A program made the translations under genes and the position numbers. Below, one piece after another: positions 1 through 13,500 of a stretch of 64,000 nt of DNA (the first letter of the stretch is position 1; every line of letters starts with the position of its first letter). The stretch is from Tubulanus polymorphus (taxonomy: Eukaryota > Animalia > Nemertea): assembly GCF_964204645.1 (NCBI RefSeq), contig NC_134027.1, forward strand, positions 14,044,485 to 14,108,484. Direction: 5' to 3'. The notes below the pieces were generated by a model. That model had not been told where the DNA came from and did not search any database. It saw only the letters and a list, made by a program, of their open reading frames with translations.

Positions 1-912
1 GTGGGAATAAGTGGGCAAAAAACTTACGGACATTTTTTTTCACTCATCATTATTACAGATTTTAAACTAGGAATTCTTTTACTTTGAAGAGCGCCGGGTA
101 GTGATGTAGATAATTCTGGACTCAATTCTTCTAACATTTTGTAGTAATCTGTGCCTTTAAAATTAACTGCTGATAAAACTGCTTTACATCCTACCTATAA
201 TTAAATATACGGTAACATTTCAGACTCGAAGTCCAATGATCTTGATAACTCGAGCATATTGTCAGAAATTTCATTGAGTTCAAGACTGACAAAGAAATCA
301 TTTAACAAATAAAGGTTGTTTATCATCAAGCAAAGACAAATTAATTTGTCAATTTGTAATTTGTTGTTAATTCAGCACGAAGTTGAATTTGAATGGAGAA
401 TCAATTGCCTGAATAATTTTGGCTCCAAATTTAACTAGTATGCCTTTCATTTCATAATGCTGAATTTTCATTTGCCTGATTTATTTGCTGAGATACCGTG
501 AATCTGTATTGGATTGAATTCAAATGATGGGACAAAACTTACTTTTTGCAAGTAATTAAAATGAAAATTGAGATGGAAATATCGAGAAATTTCTATTAAA
601 AGTCAACTTTTTTTCAACATGATGTTTTTGGCAAATTTTAAGAGGAGGATCCTCTGCTGCAAGTTATATAAAAAGGCCCAACATTTGCTTCTTTGAATCA
701 AGAAATTTGTGTGAAAATCTGTCAATTGACACGATCTCCATGAAGCGCTATACATGTAGTGACCACACACACTGCATGATGTTTCATCATACCTGGTAGT
801 GGGTTTCCCCAATGACTCAAGTAGACCAGTATTGAAAAGAAATCAATACAATTTATACACTGTGCATTGAACATCTTCAAGCTGTTACCAAAATTTCCAT
901 CATTACAAAATG

Positions 913-1531
913 AGGGGTCCAGGGACACCGTACTCACTTGGAAGGTGGTTTCAAATGCTCAACAATCCAGGTAACATTTCCTTAACAGGGCTAGTTTTTG
1001 GGCTGATGATGTGTCTAGATACGTGTAGATACGTGTGCACCCCAAATATAAAAAGATTACATTGAAGCATCTATAAAACAGAGTTGCCACTTATGTGAGG
1101 CTAAAATCTGGAAAATAAGTCCGGCGGTCTGGGCCCCCCCCCAGAAAATTTTTTGAAATTAGAACGCCAAGAGATGCGTTCTGGCGCAATACGCGTTATA
1201 AGCCTCACTTTCATTACCGGAAGTATGTATCAATTTTCACGTCTGTCAATTACAGTCAAATGAAAATCTGATTCGAATCCCGATTTGATTTTATTTTTTT
1301 TGCGACGTTTTCTTTTGTGGTTATTTGACTTCTCCCGAAAATCCGGAAATGAAATTGGATTTTTTTTAAATCCGGAATTCTGGAGAAATCCGGAGAAGTG
1401 GCAACTCTGTTAAAACTTCCCAAAATAACTGGATTCCGACTACGGATGAACGGACGAATGAAGAACGAACAGACAAAAGGACGGACGAAAAGGGATTGCA
1501 GCCCGCTGGGACTTAAGTCCCAAGTGGACTA
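913..1531 (-). mobile_element. Non-autonomous Helentron (DINE-1/HINE-like), family A, short copy interrupted by a MITE
   Basis: Starts AGGGGTCCAGGGACACC and ends with a (GACG)n-like microsatellite and GCCCGCTGGGACTTAAGTCCCAAGTGGACTA. The same ends recur about 10 times in the window. Subterminal inverted repeats, a palindrome and a microsatellite match the DINE-1 layout on the minus strand. Confidence 0.75.
1079..1409. mobile_element. hAT-like MITE with near-perfect 6-bp TSD
   Basis: 14-bp TIRs CAGAGTTGCCACTT / AAGTGGCAACTCTG; flanks ATAAAA and TTAAAA (1 mismatch). It interrupts the HINE sequence ...CTTCAAAACTTCCC that is intact in other copies. Confidence 0.8.
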
Positions 1532-1770
1532 AAAACAATCATAAATCTACAGATTTGCAACATTTTTAAAATTCAATTTTCAAGACTAAAGGGCTGAATT
1601 CAAGGCCTGCTACAAACCAGGAGTTATTGACGAGGTCACTAGTGGCACTAGGCCTAACTATATCATTTGTAACTTGAAAGTGTCATCCAATGACCGGTTT
1701 TTAATAGTTTCATGGCATACTGGGTATGATATTTTTCACTGTATAAGCCATAGGCCTATCCAATGATATA

Positions 1771-2720
1771 ACAAGAGGCCCACGAGCCTTATACCTTCAT
1801 GATGCAGTAGAAGTAGCATGATACAGTATTCAAAAAAGAAAAGATTTTAAAGAAAGATTTACATTGTAAGTTTTAAACTAGAATCATGCCTTGCGGCCTT
1901 AAGTACTCTCCCCAACTTAGTAAGAATTAAGTTGAACAAAGATTAACCTGTCATAACTTTCACATCAAGTTTCATGGATATCCATCAGATATTCAAGGCT
2001 GTATCGAGCTTAACAAGCAGGTCACAGGTGTGACGATGATCTCTAGGGTGAGATCGAAATGTTGTGTTTTTACATTTTAGATTGTTTCAAAAAATAAATT
2101 CTCGATTTTAGATTTCTTTTAATCTGTAAATAGTGGGTTTTTTATCTTATCATTTGTTCACCACGTTTGAGTCTGGTTATCGTACTACCTGTATTGTGCT
2201 AACTAGAGAATTCATGATGGCTGCCTGGTGGCAATATATGATGGCCGATGACCTCAATTTTCAAATGGAGAGCGCATCTTACCCGCCAAAACACAGACAC
2301 TAAATTTAATAAAAATAAATCAAGAATTATAGGCTGTAGTGTGCAAACTAGAAATTCAAAATGGTTGCTCTTGCGGCCATATTTGATGGCACATAACCTC
2401 CATTTTCAATAGGGTTGGAAATCTCACATGCATAAATCCCACCAGGGAGACATAAGGAAAGATGTTTCGTTTACAATGTGATCGTAAATTGTCAAATTTT
2501 CATGTAGGCCTTGAAAATTTTAAAATTTCCCTCGAAAACTTGAGAATTATGTAAAAAGTGCTGATTTTGGCAAACAACAATGGCTGACAGTCATCCATCT
2601 TAATTATGACCGGGCCAGTCTTTGGGGTAACCGCTAAACACCGAATGATATCTGTAATTCCGCCGAAACTCTGAATTTTTCGGACTACAAACGGATCCGT
2701 TACAACCAGAGACCCTCACT
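1771..2720. mobile_element. Helentron-like non-autonomous element, family B (right boundary approximate)
   Basis: Start ACAAGAGGCCCACGAGCCTTATACCTTCATGATGCAGTAGAAG is shared with the copy at 7482; degenerate internal repeats (AAATTCAAAATGG...GCCATAT). Confidence 0.5.
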
Positions 2721-2894
2721 TGCCACATGATTCATTCAATTAAAATGTTCTACATTAGGCTCGGAATCCGACCTTTGATTCCAGTAGAGAATTTTATCAT
2801 ACATGAACAATAAAAGTTATCGGTTTTTTAGTCTCGTCTCTCCTCATATAGCAAAAATATTCAACGATAAATATTTGAATAAACTTTATTATAA

Positions 2895-3316
2895 ACTAGG
2901 GGTCCAGGGACACCATGCCCACTTGGTCATAGGACGGCCATCTTGAGTCCGATTGACCCAATTTTTCTTATGGTGATGGGCCCTTGGGGGATTCAAATAT
3001 ATATAAAAGATCAAGGTAATTGATTTAAGCGTCTTCAAAATTTCCCTCAAAAAGTTCAAAAAGTGTAAAAAGTGCTGACTTTGACGAACAACAATGGTGC
3101 CAGTGGGCCATCTTGATTCTGACAGGGCCAGTTTTTGGGATGAAGTTGTGTCTAGGGTAGATACATGTATAAACCAAATATCAAGACATTACCTTGAAGC
3201 ATCTTCAAAACTTCCCAAATAACTGGATTCCGTCTACAGACGGACGGACGAACAGACGGACGACAGACGAAAAGTGAACGCAATAGCCCGCTGGGACTAA
3301 AGTCCCAAGTGGGCTA
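2895..3316 (-). mobile_element. HINE family A, internally deleted copy with no 154-bp monomers
   Basis: ACTAGGGGTCCAGGGACACCATGCCCACTTGG ... (GACG)n ... GGGACTAAAGTCCCAAGTGGGCTA; A-rich flanks. Confidence 0.8.
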
Positions 3317-3465
3317 AAAAGTGTCAACTAAACTAAGTTATTGTATATGAAAATAAGTTTAATCTCGTGCATTTACACTGATCGACGCTGAAGCTCAAAA
3401 AAATGTCAAAAGTAGCACGAAAATAGTCTAAAAGTCGTAAAAAGTCAGCAGTGGATACTTTACCA

Positions 3466-3898
3466 TATACGGCTGAGTATTTATTTCCGCTACTTTACCG
3501 TACATCGTCGCTGATTGGCTGATTTACGCCGCACATGCCCACAGAGGTGCGAGACTCAGAAAATTTAAGGAAAGTGAGGAGAACAGAGTTAGAGAAAATA
3601 GAGCGGATAGAGCGAGACTCAAACCAGTAAATTACTAGTGCAGCGTCATGCCACTAGACCACCGAGTCCGCTGTAGACTAATCGAATGTTTTAACTATCT
3701 ATAGTACCTCACCTTACCCAAATTCTATCCCTTGAGGTAAAACGAAACCCTCTGGACCCTCTTCTCACCCTCTCGACACTAACCTATCGAAACCCTAACC
3801 CTAAACCCAATATAATAATTTTATTGTTACTTTATTTAATACTACATGTATAGAAAAAATGTACGGTAAAATAGCGGAAGTAAATACTTTACCGTATA
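3466..3898. mobile_element. MITE with ~40-bp imperfect TIRs and TA/TATA flanks
   Basis: TATACGGCTGAGTATTTATTTCCGCTACTTTACCGTACAT versus ATGTACGGTAAAATAGCGGAAGTAAATACTTTACCGTATA. Internally it has AACCCTAACCCTAAACCC and tRNA-like A/B boxes. Confidence 0.7.
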
Positions 3899-4354
3899 GG
3901 CCTACAGTTAAATATCCACTTCGTAAAAAGTCAATCCGCGAAGTGAGGAAAACTTAAATGTTGTGATATGAGTGTAACATTTATTTTTGACAAAAATGTT
4001 TAAACGCTGGTGAATAATCTTGGGTCCGTATCGCAGTCCAGAAAAATTCGGCATTTTGGCGGTTACCCCAGTTTTTGGTGTAAAGAAGTGTCTAGGGTAG
4101 ATACATGTGTAAACCAAATATCAAGACATCACATTGAAAACTTCCCAAAATAACTGGATTCCATCTATGGACAAACGGATGACGGATGATAAGTGAATGC
4201 TGGGTCCAAGTGCGCTAAAAATCTAATCTTAACTACAAACACCCCCCCCCCCCAGTTTTTCTCGACAGATTTGCATCCATCTCAGAGACCTCAAAAATGG
4301 ATACAAAAGGCTGGAAATCTGCCAAAGGCTGGAAGATCACGATTGGTAGAACAC

Positions 4355-4830
4355 TATATACGTGTTGACGCAATGAGGAGAGAATCCCACAATGATAATA
4401 AAAAGTCCGAAAATGAAACTTCGAGATAGTAGTTTATTTCAACGTTTCGACTATATCCTAATAGTCATCTTCAGGAATAATGAGATGCTACAGAAATTAT
4501 GAGATATATATACAATCCAGAGACAAAGAGACTAATTCAAGTAATCAGAGATGATACAAACTAAAGGAAAATTAACGTAGAAACAGTTACACGCTAAAAT
4601 AGATTAAAGGGAAGCAAACCAAAGGGTAATTATAAACAACAATAGTGAGTATAAATATAAATGAAACTAAAGTCAGTAGTAAAAAGAAAGACAAACTAGG
4701 GGGCACTTAAATTAAAACAAAGGTGAATACAAGTTGTCAGAGACGAAATTGATGAGAGAACAAATAACAAATAATCAAAGGGGAAATCAAGTGTTGAGTT
4801 TAACCAGTTTACAGAGGAATTTTGATATAA
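4355..4830 (-). mobile_element. Penelope-like element 3' (pLTR) fragment
   Basis: Same organisation as 62556-63050 (GAATCCCACAAT, CAACGTTTCG...CATC(A/T)TCAGG, A-rich tract); contains a hammerhead core. Confidence 0.65.
4434..4480 (-). ncRNA. Minimal type I hammerhead ribozyme (Penelope-associated)
   Basis: Minus strand reads UUAUUC-CUGAAGA-U-GACUA-(loop)-UAGUC-GAAA-CGUU-GAAAUAA: CUGANGA and GAAA cores, 5-bp stem II, palindromic AACGUU in place of stem III. Confidence 0.75.
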
Positions 4831-4993
4831 GTTTATTATGGGGTGAAATTTGAAAATGGGCTGGAAGATTTTTATGCCTGATTATATATTACGAAGAATT
4901 TTGAATAAACATAATAGAACTCCTAACCTGGTCTGCAAACAGATTTATTGAATTTAAATTTTCCCTTACCTCACAAATTAGCCTAGTTGATGC

Positions 4994-5734
4994 CAGGGAT
5001 GAGAACGCCGACCTGTAAAATCCGCGGGTTATTTTTCTTGAGTGACATACGCGAACCAGCTGACGGCGTAGCCGTCAGCACTAGCGAGCGCCGAAGGCGC
5101 GAAGCTATTTCGGGGGGGTTGGGGGGCCCTCCCCCAAGAAAATTTTAGAAATTAAATACGTTTTCCGAGCACTTAGAGCGATCTTGAACCCATGAACGAC
5201 TATTATATTTTGGAAGGTAATGGCTAGTTCCAATGTGGTACATCCTCATTTGATGACATTCAGCATCTCATGCATTACGGGTCGAGCCCTGAATTATTGC
5301 AGTAAAAATGCGCCGATGAATGCTCACTAAAAATCATCACCAAGTAGTGTATAATATCCGAAAGCGTTCGCCACACACACGCAGCAACAGTAAGTAGACC
5401 TATATACGTTACTACTGTTGCTGTGCGTGCGTGTCTGCAACCGATCGATAAAATACATAGGCTACACACTCATCGTAGTACAAATGTACATACAAAATCA
5501 CTGTGTTGCAATGAATATGCATTGAAATGCGATACTTTTACGTGACGATAAGTAAAACAGGCACTGAACGCTTTTACGGTTCACCTGATTACCGATCGCG
5601 CCGGACCAATTGAGTTAGATCATCACCCCCCCCCCCCATACTTTTACATCATTTTTGGACTATTTGGAAAATTGATATTTTCCAATACTGAAATCCGCGG
5701 CAAACCGCGGATCCGCGGGGAATTCTCATCCCTG
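4994..5734. mobile_element. hAT-like MITE with perfect 6-bp TSD
   Basis: 12-bp TIRs CAGGGATGAGAA / TTCTCATCCCTG; TGATGC at 4988-4993 and 5735-5740; subterminal ATCCGCGG repeats. Confidence 0.85.
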
Positions 5735-6927
5735 TGATGCTGACTCAGAGTTCAAAGCCGGAAGTGAAAGTGAGTCAAACAAGAGGCCCATTTGCCTTGA
5801 AGCATTGGTAGATTATAATGTGGTAAGGTATTAAGTGGTTAATGTTTTACATCTGCCAGCAAATGTTCTATGGCGATGTTGATTGGGACAATCACAGACT
5901 TAAGGTCTTAAAGTACGTTTTTATGGCATGAAGCGTTTGTCTGACTCGCTATTTATACAATTATTGTCATACCGGTAATGTTTGTTTGTGTGTAGGGTCG
6001 CCCATTAAAAACCCCTAATGGAGAACACTGCAAGGGTATTGGAAATCGCCGGAAAAACGGTATACACAAAATAAGACATAGCATCATGGATATTTTGCTG
6101 AATTATTTTTCCACTTAAGCAGCCATCAATTGTAACCCTGAACCCCCCTCAGTCCTCAGGCATTGACGCTTGTTCGACGTCGTCAGAGTGTCGTAACCTG
6201 GACGACATATTTTTTCTACATTGTCGACTGGGTGGTGTTATGAGCAAATTGAAGTGGTGTTTGCCTATCGTTTAGATTTTAGTCTGATTGGTGTTATCTT
6301 GGCGCAAGTAAGCAAGATTTCATATTATGCGACGATAGCCTGGCGTTCAATTTATCAAACTTTTTGGGAGGTAATAAATCATCGGCGTAGTGAGTTCGGG
6401 GGATGATCATTGGGTAATTTAGAAGTTTACTAAATGTGGGATTCGACCATACTACAACTCGATGGAGTGACGTCACATGGACTGGATGGAGTGACGATGG
6501 TTTATCGTTAACTGCTCGTGATGGCTGAACCAGCTGACAACAGGTGATTACTTTTGTCTTGATGATTAATGATACTATGACTGAATGTCAGCATAAGCTA
6601 TTAACGAGGCCAAGTAAAACTCAAACAGTATGCATATAAATCACTACTCTGCAGCGAATTCTGTTTATGAAAAAAGCTATTTACAACCCTTTCCCTACCC
6701 TGGCCGGAGAAAAACTGCGCAATGCCAGCACACACATACACTAGATACAGTCGTTCTCTTCACTCAATACATTGCTGTCGCCCTATAGTATACTACTATG
6801 TACAGCCTTATGGTCACTCATTTCTGTAGGGTCTTGAAATAACATGAAATGCGGTACTGACAAGCTCGAAAAAATACAGGCAAACTCCAAGGATAGGCCT
6901 AACAAAATGTTTATATTTCATTTCTAG

Positions 6928-7480
6928 GCAGCCTTTCAAGGTTATCTTAGATGGCAATAAAAAAAGAGCGAAACTAGCTTCTTCATATGAAGAGCTTCTA
7001 CAAAAAGGTATGTCAGATTGTTTTTCAAGAGGTTAGTGTATGCAACTCCAATAAGCCTGCCGGTTGCATTGTAACTAGAATCAATCTCTAGAAACTAAAA
7101 TAAGTGATATAAATTATGTTTCGATTTCCTATTTTCAGCATGTGAAGTGAAAGCTTTTGAGGGAACATGATATCTTGAAGATGATACTCGCATTGATGAG
7201 ATTTTTGATTTCCTTCCGAATTTTTCGATTACTAAATTGATTGAGAATATGAGAATTGAAGAGCCCTCACGTGATCAAAAGGATCCTGTAATGATTGAAA
7301 CAATCGAAAAAGGTATGTTGATATCTAGAAACTGATTTTCAATTCAAAATCTAATTGGTTAATTTCAGATGTGTTTTTCCATAAATCACTTCATGGAAGG
7401 TCATTGAATAATAATACTGACAGAGTTCTAAATATTTGGCCACAAGTGAAAAAGTTCTTTTATTCAGAGGTCTTAATGAT
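6928..7480 (+). pseudogene. Spliced CIDE-N-like domain exons (6928-7007, 7139-7312, 7369-~7480)
   Basis: GT-AG introns, both phase 1. The joined translation QPFKVILDGNKKRAKLASSYEELLQKA-CEVKAFEGT*YLEDDTRIDEIFDFLPN matches the CIDE-N pattern (PFxV...ASSxxELxxK...LEEDGT.VD...F..LP). In-frame TGA at 7168-7170. Confidence 0.7.
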
Positions 7481-7481
7481 A

Positions 7482-9087
7482 ACAAGAGGCCCACGGGCCT
7501 TGTACCTTCATGACGCAGTAGAAGAAGAATCATTCAGTATTCAAAGTTTTTACAGATAGATTTACATTGTAACGATGTAACAAGTTTTAAAATAGTTAAG
7601 ATGGTATAGTCTATGTGGCGATAATGTTCATTTTCTGTTAATATATCCTTACATGAAAAGACAAGCCCATTTTAGCTGCCCCAAAGATTACACTACATGA
7701 AAAAATGCACCAAGAATTGGTGTAGGTATCGTGCTGAAAAGAAATCCAAGATGGATGGCAACCCTGGTGGCCATACTTGAACTCAATTTTCAATAAGGGG
7801 TAGACATTTCACCAACCAAAATTCTTACACCTAGTATCATGAAAATGCATCAAGAATTGCAGGCCGTTTTGTGCTAGAAATTCAAAATGGCTGACCTAGC
7901 GGCCATATTTGAAAGCCGATGACCTGCATATACAAAAAGCATGGACAGCTTACCTACCCTGATCCTCACACCAAATTTTGTGGAAATCTATCAAGAATTG
8001 CGGGCTGCATCGCGCAAACAAGAAATTCAAGATGGCCACCCCAGCCATATATGATCGCCAATGACATTTTTTTTACAATAGGGGTGGACATCTCGCCAGA
8101 CCCAATCTTCAAGCTAATTTTCAAAAAGATTCATCGCAAATTACAGGCGAATTACTGTGTCGAATTCAATTCAATTCCAAAGGGCCTGGCTTAGGCCTAT
8201 TCAATAGGAGTCAATTAAGATTTGACTTTTTGAAAAACCAGCACAGATTACATCAAACGTCTTCAATAGCTGATACAACCGCACCCATCAATCATCTTAA
8301 TTGATTCAAATACTAAAATGCTCACTATGAAAAAACTATGCGGTGAATCAATCCGGAATTTTTCAGTAGAATGTCAGACACTAGGCACCTTTCTTTAAAG
8401 GTTTATTTCTTGTATGTCATTAACAATCAGTTATATAATACTTTATTCATAACTTTGAAGCGGCGCGCTGGCAGCCACCGCTCAAGCAAGGTCAGGCACG
8501 TAGGCCAACACAAAACGGACAAAAACGGCCGGTTAAGAGCGTCTCTCAACATAAATTAGAGGGACTGTAATGGACCATTTGTTGACACTAACCTTTAACA
8601 AACTTTGTATGGATACGATCAAGATAATTCCACCCTATCATTCCACTATTCAACGATCGACGCGCAGTCTAAACATGGCGCCGCCATTCAATACGCTGGT
8701 CACCATGTATCTCTACACACATCAAAATCACACTTTAATTACAAGTGTTGACTTATGAGAAACGATCGAAATCCAGCAATTTGATTGGGAAAATAGTAGT
8801 ACTATAGTTGAAAAAAGTTGATAAACCACCTCCGACCGTCTAATCATTTAAAAGCTTTGCCTTCACATGGAACTTTTTCCGCCTTATCACTGGTGCACTC
8901 TGCCGCTGTGATTCGCCCATTCAATGATAAAAACTTTCCCACGGTCTTACTATTGGCATTTTCTAATAATTTAGGGAAATATTTTTAAAAATCGAAATTT
9001 CACACACTGCATTAATAAGATTTAAGTATTTATTCGTTTGACAAATCTTCCTCTGAACTCCCACCAACAAGTTATAAGTGGGGACAC
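7482..9087. mobile_element. Helentron-like family B insertion (possibly composite) splitting the fossil gene
   Basis: Start shared with 1771; degenerate internal repeats; ends near the hairpin CCCACCAACAAGTTATAAGTGGG. Coding-like sequence resumes afterwards. Confidence 0.5.
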
Positions 9088-9654
9088 GAAACTGACGTCA
9101 TCGACTCACTACCATCTTATGACTACGTCATGAAGGTAATATTATTGAAACTTTTAAAGAACTAAAATTGATTATTTATAAATAATGCTGGGATGTAGCC
9201 AATTCATAAAACTTATTCGGTTATGTTGGGACCATAAATATTTAACCAAGTTAATTCAGTAGGAAATAGGTTATCAAGAAAACTAATATATTGAAAATAT
9301 TAATTACATCATTTACTGTGTGGTTAATATTGGTGTCAATACAAGAAGATTTACTGTCGTGGCAGCTGGAATCTATTTTAGCTTGATGGAAAATGGTAAA
9401 TTCAATATTTTTATAAAATGGTGCATCAATAATGATTTATGTTGTTATTTTTTGACAAAAAGCTACAGTAATCATTTTCGAGTCTCGGCATTTTGATGGA
9501 TACTGTTAAGCACATATCAAACAGAAGACCAAAATATTATCAGAGCATGAGAGAAATGGAAACTACAATAAGGCAGTGAACGAGAGGTGTTTTCAGTTGG
9601 CATTGAAAAATGATCTCTACAAGGAGCAAGACTTGAAGTACGTACGCTAGGATC

Positions 9655-10000
9655 AATAATGTGGCCGGTCTTGATTGCTGAAATCAGCACTTTTTACACA
9701 TTTTGAAAATTTTCAGGGAAAACTTTATTCAGGGAAAAAAAAAATCAGTTATCTTAATCTTTCATACATATATTTGTATCAACAAACGGATCATCAGCAC
9801 ACGAAAAATTGGGTCGATCAGACGCAAGATGGCCACGTTGTGACCTTTTTTGTGCCTTAAAGTTCATTTTTAGTGAGAAATCCTAGACCAATAGCTTCCA
9901 AAATATATGCTAGCTTTCATTTGAATTTATGATGGGTATTCTTTGAGAAAGCGATCTGAAACACATCAGAAGGGTATTGCGATTAATCAATCATCAGGAA
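9655..10000 (+). mobile_element. HINE-related fragment in the opposite orientation
   Basis: AAATCAGCACTTTTTACAC and AAAAATTGGGTCGATCAGACGCAAGATGGCC are reverse complements of family A internal sequence. Confidence 0.6.
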
Positions 10001-10544
10001 TGTCTTGCTCAGAGGCTCGTAGAATATATGGCACCTGAACTGTTAAAAACCTAAGAGATAGTGTCGAGAAAAACATTGATAGATTAAAAGAAATTAACAG
10101 GGCTTACTCTGATTTGATTTTTTCAAAGGATCATGCACTTTTGACTAGTTTAGGTATTTCTGATGACGCATTTCCGGTAACAGATGATTATACTGAAGAA
10201 GAGATAGTAGATATAGACGAAGATGGTTTTCATTCTGTTTAGATTACGATGAAGATGAAGAAGCGATTGCTGAAGAATTGGTGAAAATATTATCAGTCAC
10301 TGATGAAAAATTTAGCATTGCTTCAGATAAAGAACAGATTAATTGTAGATGAAATTGCTCATCAGTGGCTGATGAGGAGAAATATTGGTGTCAATACATG
10401 AAGTATCCTTACTTGCATCCAGACATAGGAGAGTTTAGAAAATATAGTACGTAATGCAGGAGCTGGAGCCGACAAATGGCATTCCACAAGTAGTTTAACG
10501 TGGAAGGGCGAAAGTTGGACAATGGAACGTTTACAAAAAGCAAT

Positions 10545-13500
10545 CATAGGCGTCACCAGGGGGTGTTCGTGGGGTGTGAACGAACCCCCTTTTTTCAGCT
10601 AGGTTTCTTCATTTTTTACTACATAGTTTCGTAAACAGCTTAATACTATTTGTTAAGATTTACATATTAAACAAAATAAAGGACCACTGGACCAGTGGCT
10701 CACCAAACTGGTGTAAAGTAAAAAATCTGTCACGTAGGCTACTGGTATGCAAAAAGTCATTTCATTGACAATTAAACAAGAAAAAATATATATATAAAAA
10801 AGGACTCCATTTTGGTCAGTGTGAACTTTTAATGATAACAGACTTTTAAGAAGAATGAAATCTTCGAAAAATTGATTATGGGCCTTTTGTCTGAACAAAT
10901 GTTCATAATTGTAACACATCCCTTGAATAATGTAAAACAACTAAGACTATGATTGACCCGATAAGATACGGTACAAACTTTGTGAGAGCCTGGGTTTCAT
11001 TGGAGGTTTTTCATTTTCATCATACGGACCAATCAGGACAGAAGCTCCCAAGTTCTTCAAATTTGAGGCTAGCGCCGGTTACTGATGAAACAAAAGTTTA
11101 TCGACTGATTTTTAATAATTTCACGATAGGATTGCTTTAAGTAGCTTACATCTTCACTTAGACAAATTGTTGTTACGCGCGACCTACACCATGGCGCGCG
11201 TACTCTATAACTGATACACACATGCAGTGAACACAAGAGTATAAGGCTATATTGCCTACACAAATGTTTTCAACGCGAACGCTCCACTGTGCCCCAGTTA
11301 ACAAACTAATACAAATAATCAGGCTCCAAAATGGATCGCCAATGTGAACGTTCATAAAATGACTGCAATTAATGGTGATAAAACAAGTATTCGAGTCGTG
11401 TAAATATCAGACTCATCTCTAAAAATTCGATGCTATCAGTAAATCAGCCGTGTGGCGAACACATAAGTAAATTTCCGCATTTTGAAACCACATTTCCGTC
11501 AGATATCTTGCTGCAACGTTACCTTATTTGCGGGATATCAAAACTAGATGAATCATTGAACACAATCGCACACAATAAATCATACGCCTTGAATATCAGT
11601 ATTCGCGCTAGAAATGATATCAACCTATTCAATCGTGCCGCCATTTTGTTTGTGAAATAACGCGCACCAGCTGATCCACCTCATTCAATGTTATAATGTC
11701 ATGATGGAAATCAAAACCGGGTAAACACAAATTTTATAGTAGCAAGATTTTGAGGGGTTTCGTCTTTGAAAGCCCATAATTAACGAACGTCGGATCTTGG
11801 CGATGTAACTTCTTTCAACTATATGCACCATAAAGAAAAACCAATTACGAAATGTATTTTTGCTTAATCCATTCAATTCGTCCATTAGTAGTGAAATTAC
11901 AGGCTACTGAAGTGTGCTAAAAATAGCTTCAAGTGTAGTGTATTAAACATACGAATGATTATCGATCGGCTAGACCGTTGACATAGGCTCGCTGACATGC
12001 AGTTGTTGTAATTTGTTTCTCTTCACAGTTGACTGGCATTGGTATCCGTCATCGATTGGTTTAAGCGGGGTCACTAGAGCGCTTTAACGTGTCAAGTTTG
12101 TAAGCAATAGTTTTTATATACAAGAGCCCCAAAGGGCACTATGGCCAGCCTTTCATAAAATGGCAAATGATGCATTCTGTGGATTAAATTTGTCCAAATA
12201 CACTCCCAGTTCATACTAGTCAATCCCAGGCTAATAATTTACACAATTCAATGTGTTTTTTTCATAAGTACAGGGCTGCCAACCTTTCAAAATTCCATTT
12301 AGGGATGAATGGCAGATTAATTAGGAATATTGAAGGTTTCAATAGGAATATATCGAAACCGAAGAAATTGTGACTTTTCCAAGTAGGAATATTTTGCTTT
12401 CAATTAGGAATACCTTTCACGTGTAATATATGAAAGCTGGATATGAAAATATGGAATTATTAGCAAAATAAAAAATCAGCAAATTCTACAGAATGTATTT
12501 TTTCTTTATTATTTTATGAAAGATAAAAATCAACAGTGTTTATCAAAAATATACAATAGACTAAAAAATAAGAACATAAAACTGGCATAAATTGTCAAAC
12601 GAATTACATAACACTATACAGCTGTCATGCGAATATATCCATTTCCAGCATCAATTCCACGATACTGTCCAAGAGAGACTCCACGTACAGAACTGAAAGA
12701 TACAAACAGTAAAAAGTCTCTAAATGTACATGCTACTCGATGGTGCTGCCATCTGCCAAATATGCGAACTAAAAGTTTACTTTGAGATGCACTGCTCAAA
12801 AGCATCTTAAATTATCTTTTTAAATCAAACTAACACAAGAGTGACAACATTAAGGTTCAAACTAGCAAAGCAATTGCTTACCGAAACATTTCAAAGAGTC
12901 CACACGTTGAAATCTAACCCGGATCTTCGAATGCTAATCGCGCTGCGAAAACGAGCTAATTACCGCAGTAAACCGATTCTTCTCCGAAACGATGCGGAGC
13001 AATTTGACAATAACAATCACATTTTGCCACATGTCATAATATTTTCACAAAAATGATTGAAAACAACGTATTTTAAAACGAATGAACTTTATTTTTATTC
13101 TTGAAACAAATTAAAAAGCTGCTCTCCTACTACGAAATAATCGTACACCATGCGTAGTAAGCGCTGTTTATCGCCTGACCCACGTACACAGTATATAGCC
13201 ACGCACTCATCCACCGCGGGCGTGCATATAAATTCCCCACCTATTCAATTCTGTTCTACCAAATCATCATATTGTGTTACAACGCGCTGGCGGGTGGAAA
13301 ATCAGACATCGCCGAAAAAGAAAAAAAAAGTCGGAATTTTGTATACCCGATCGTATCGTCGGAATTTCTTCACGCAAATCGGGAGGATTCCGAATAATTC
13401 GGGAGGGTTGGCAGCCCTGTAAGTAGCACCGACTGCGACTGGAGCTGGCAGGAACAAATACAGATAAATCTTTTCCCTTGGTCTTATCGATTTGAATGCG

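Noticed and set aside
3785-3810. Interstitial telomere
   Set aside because: Only two to three imperfect CCCTAA units, located inside a MITE.
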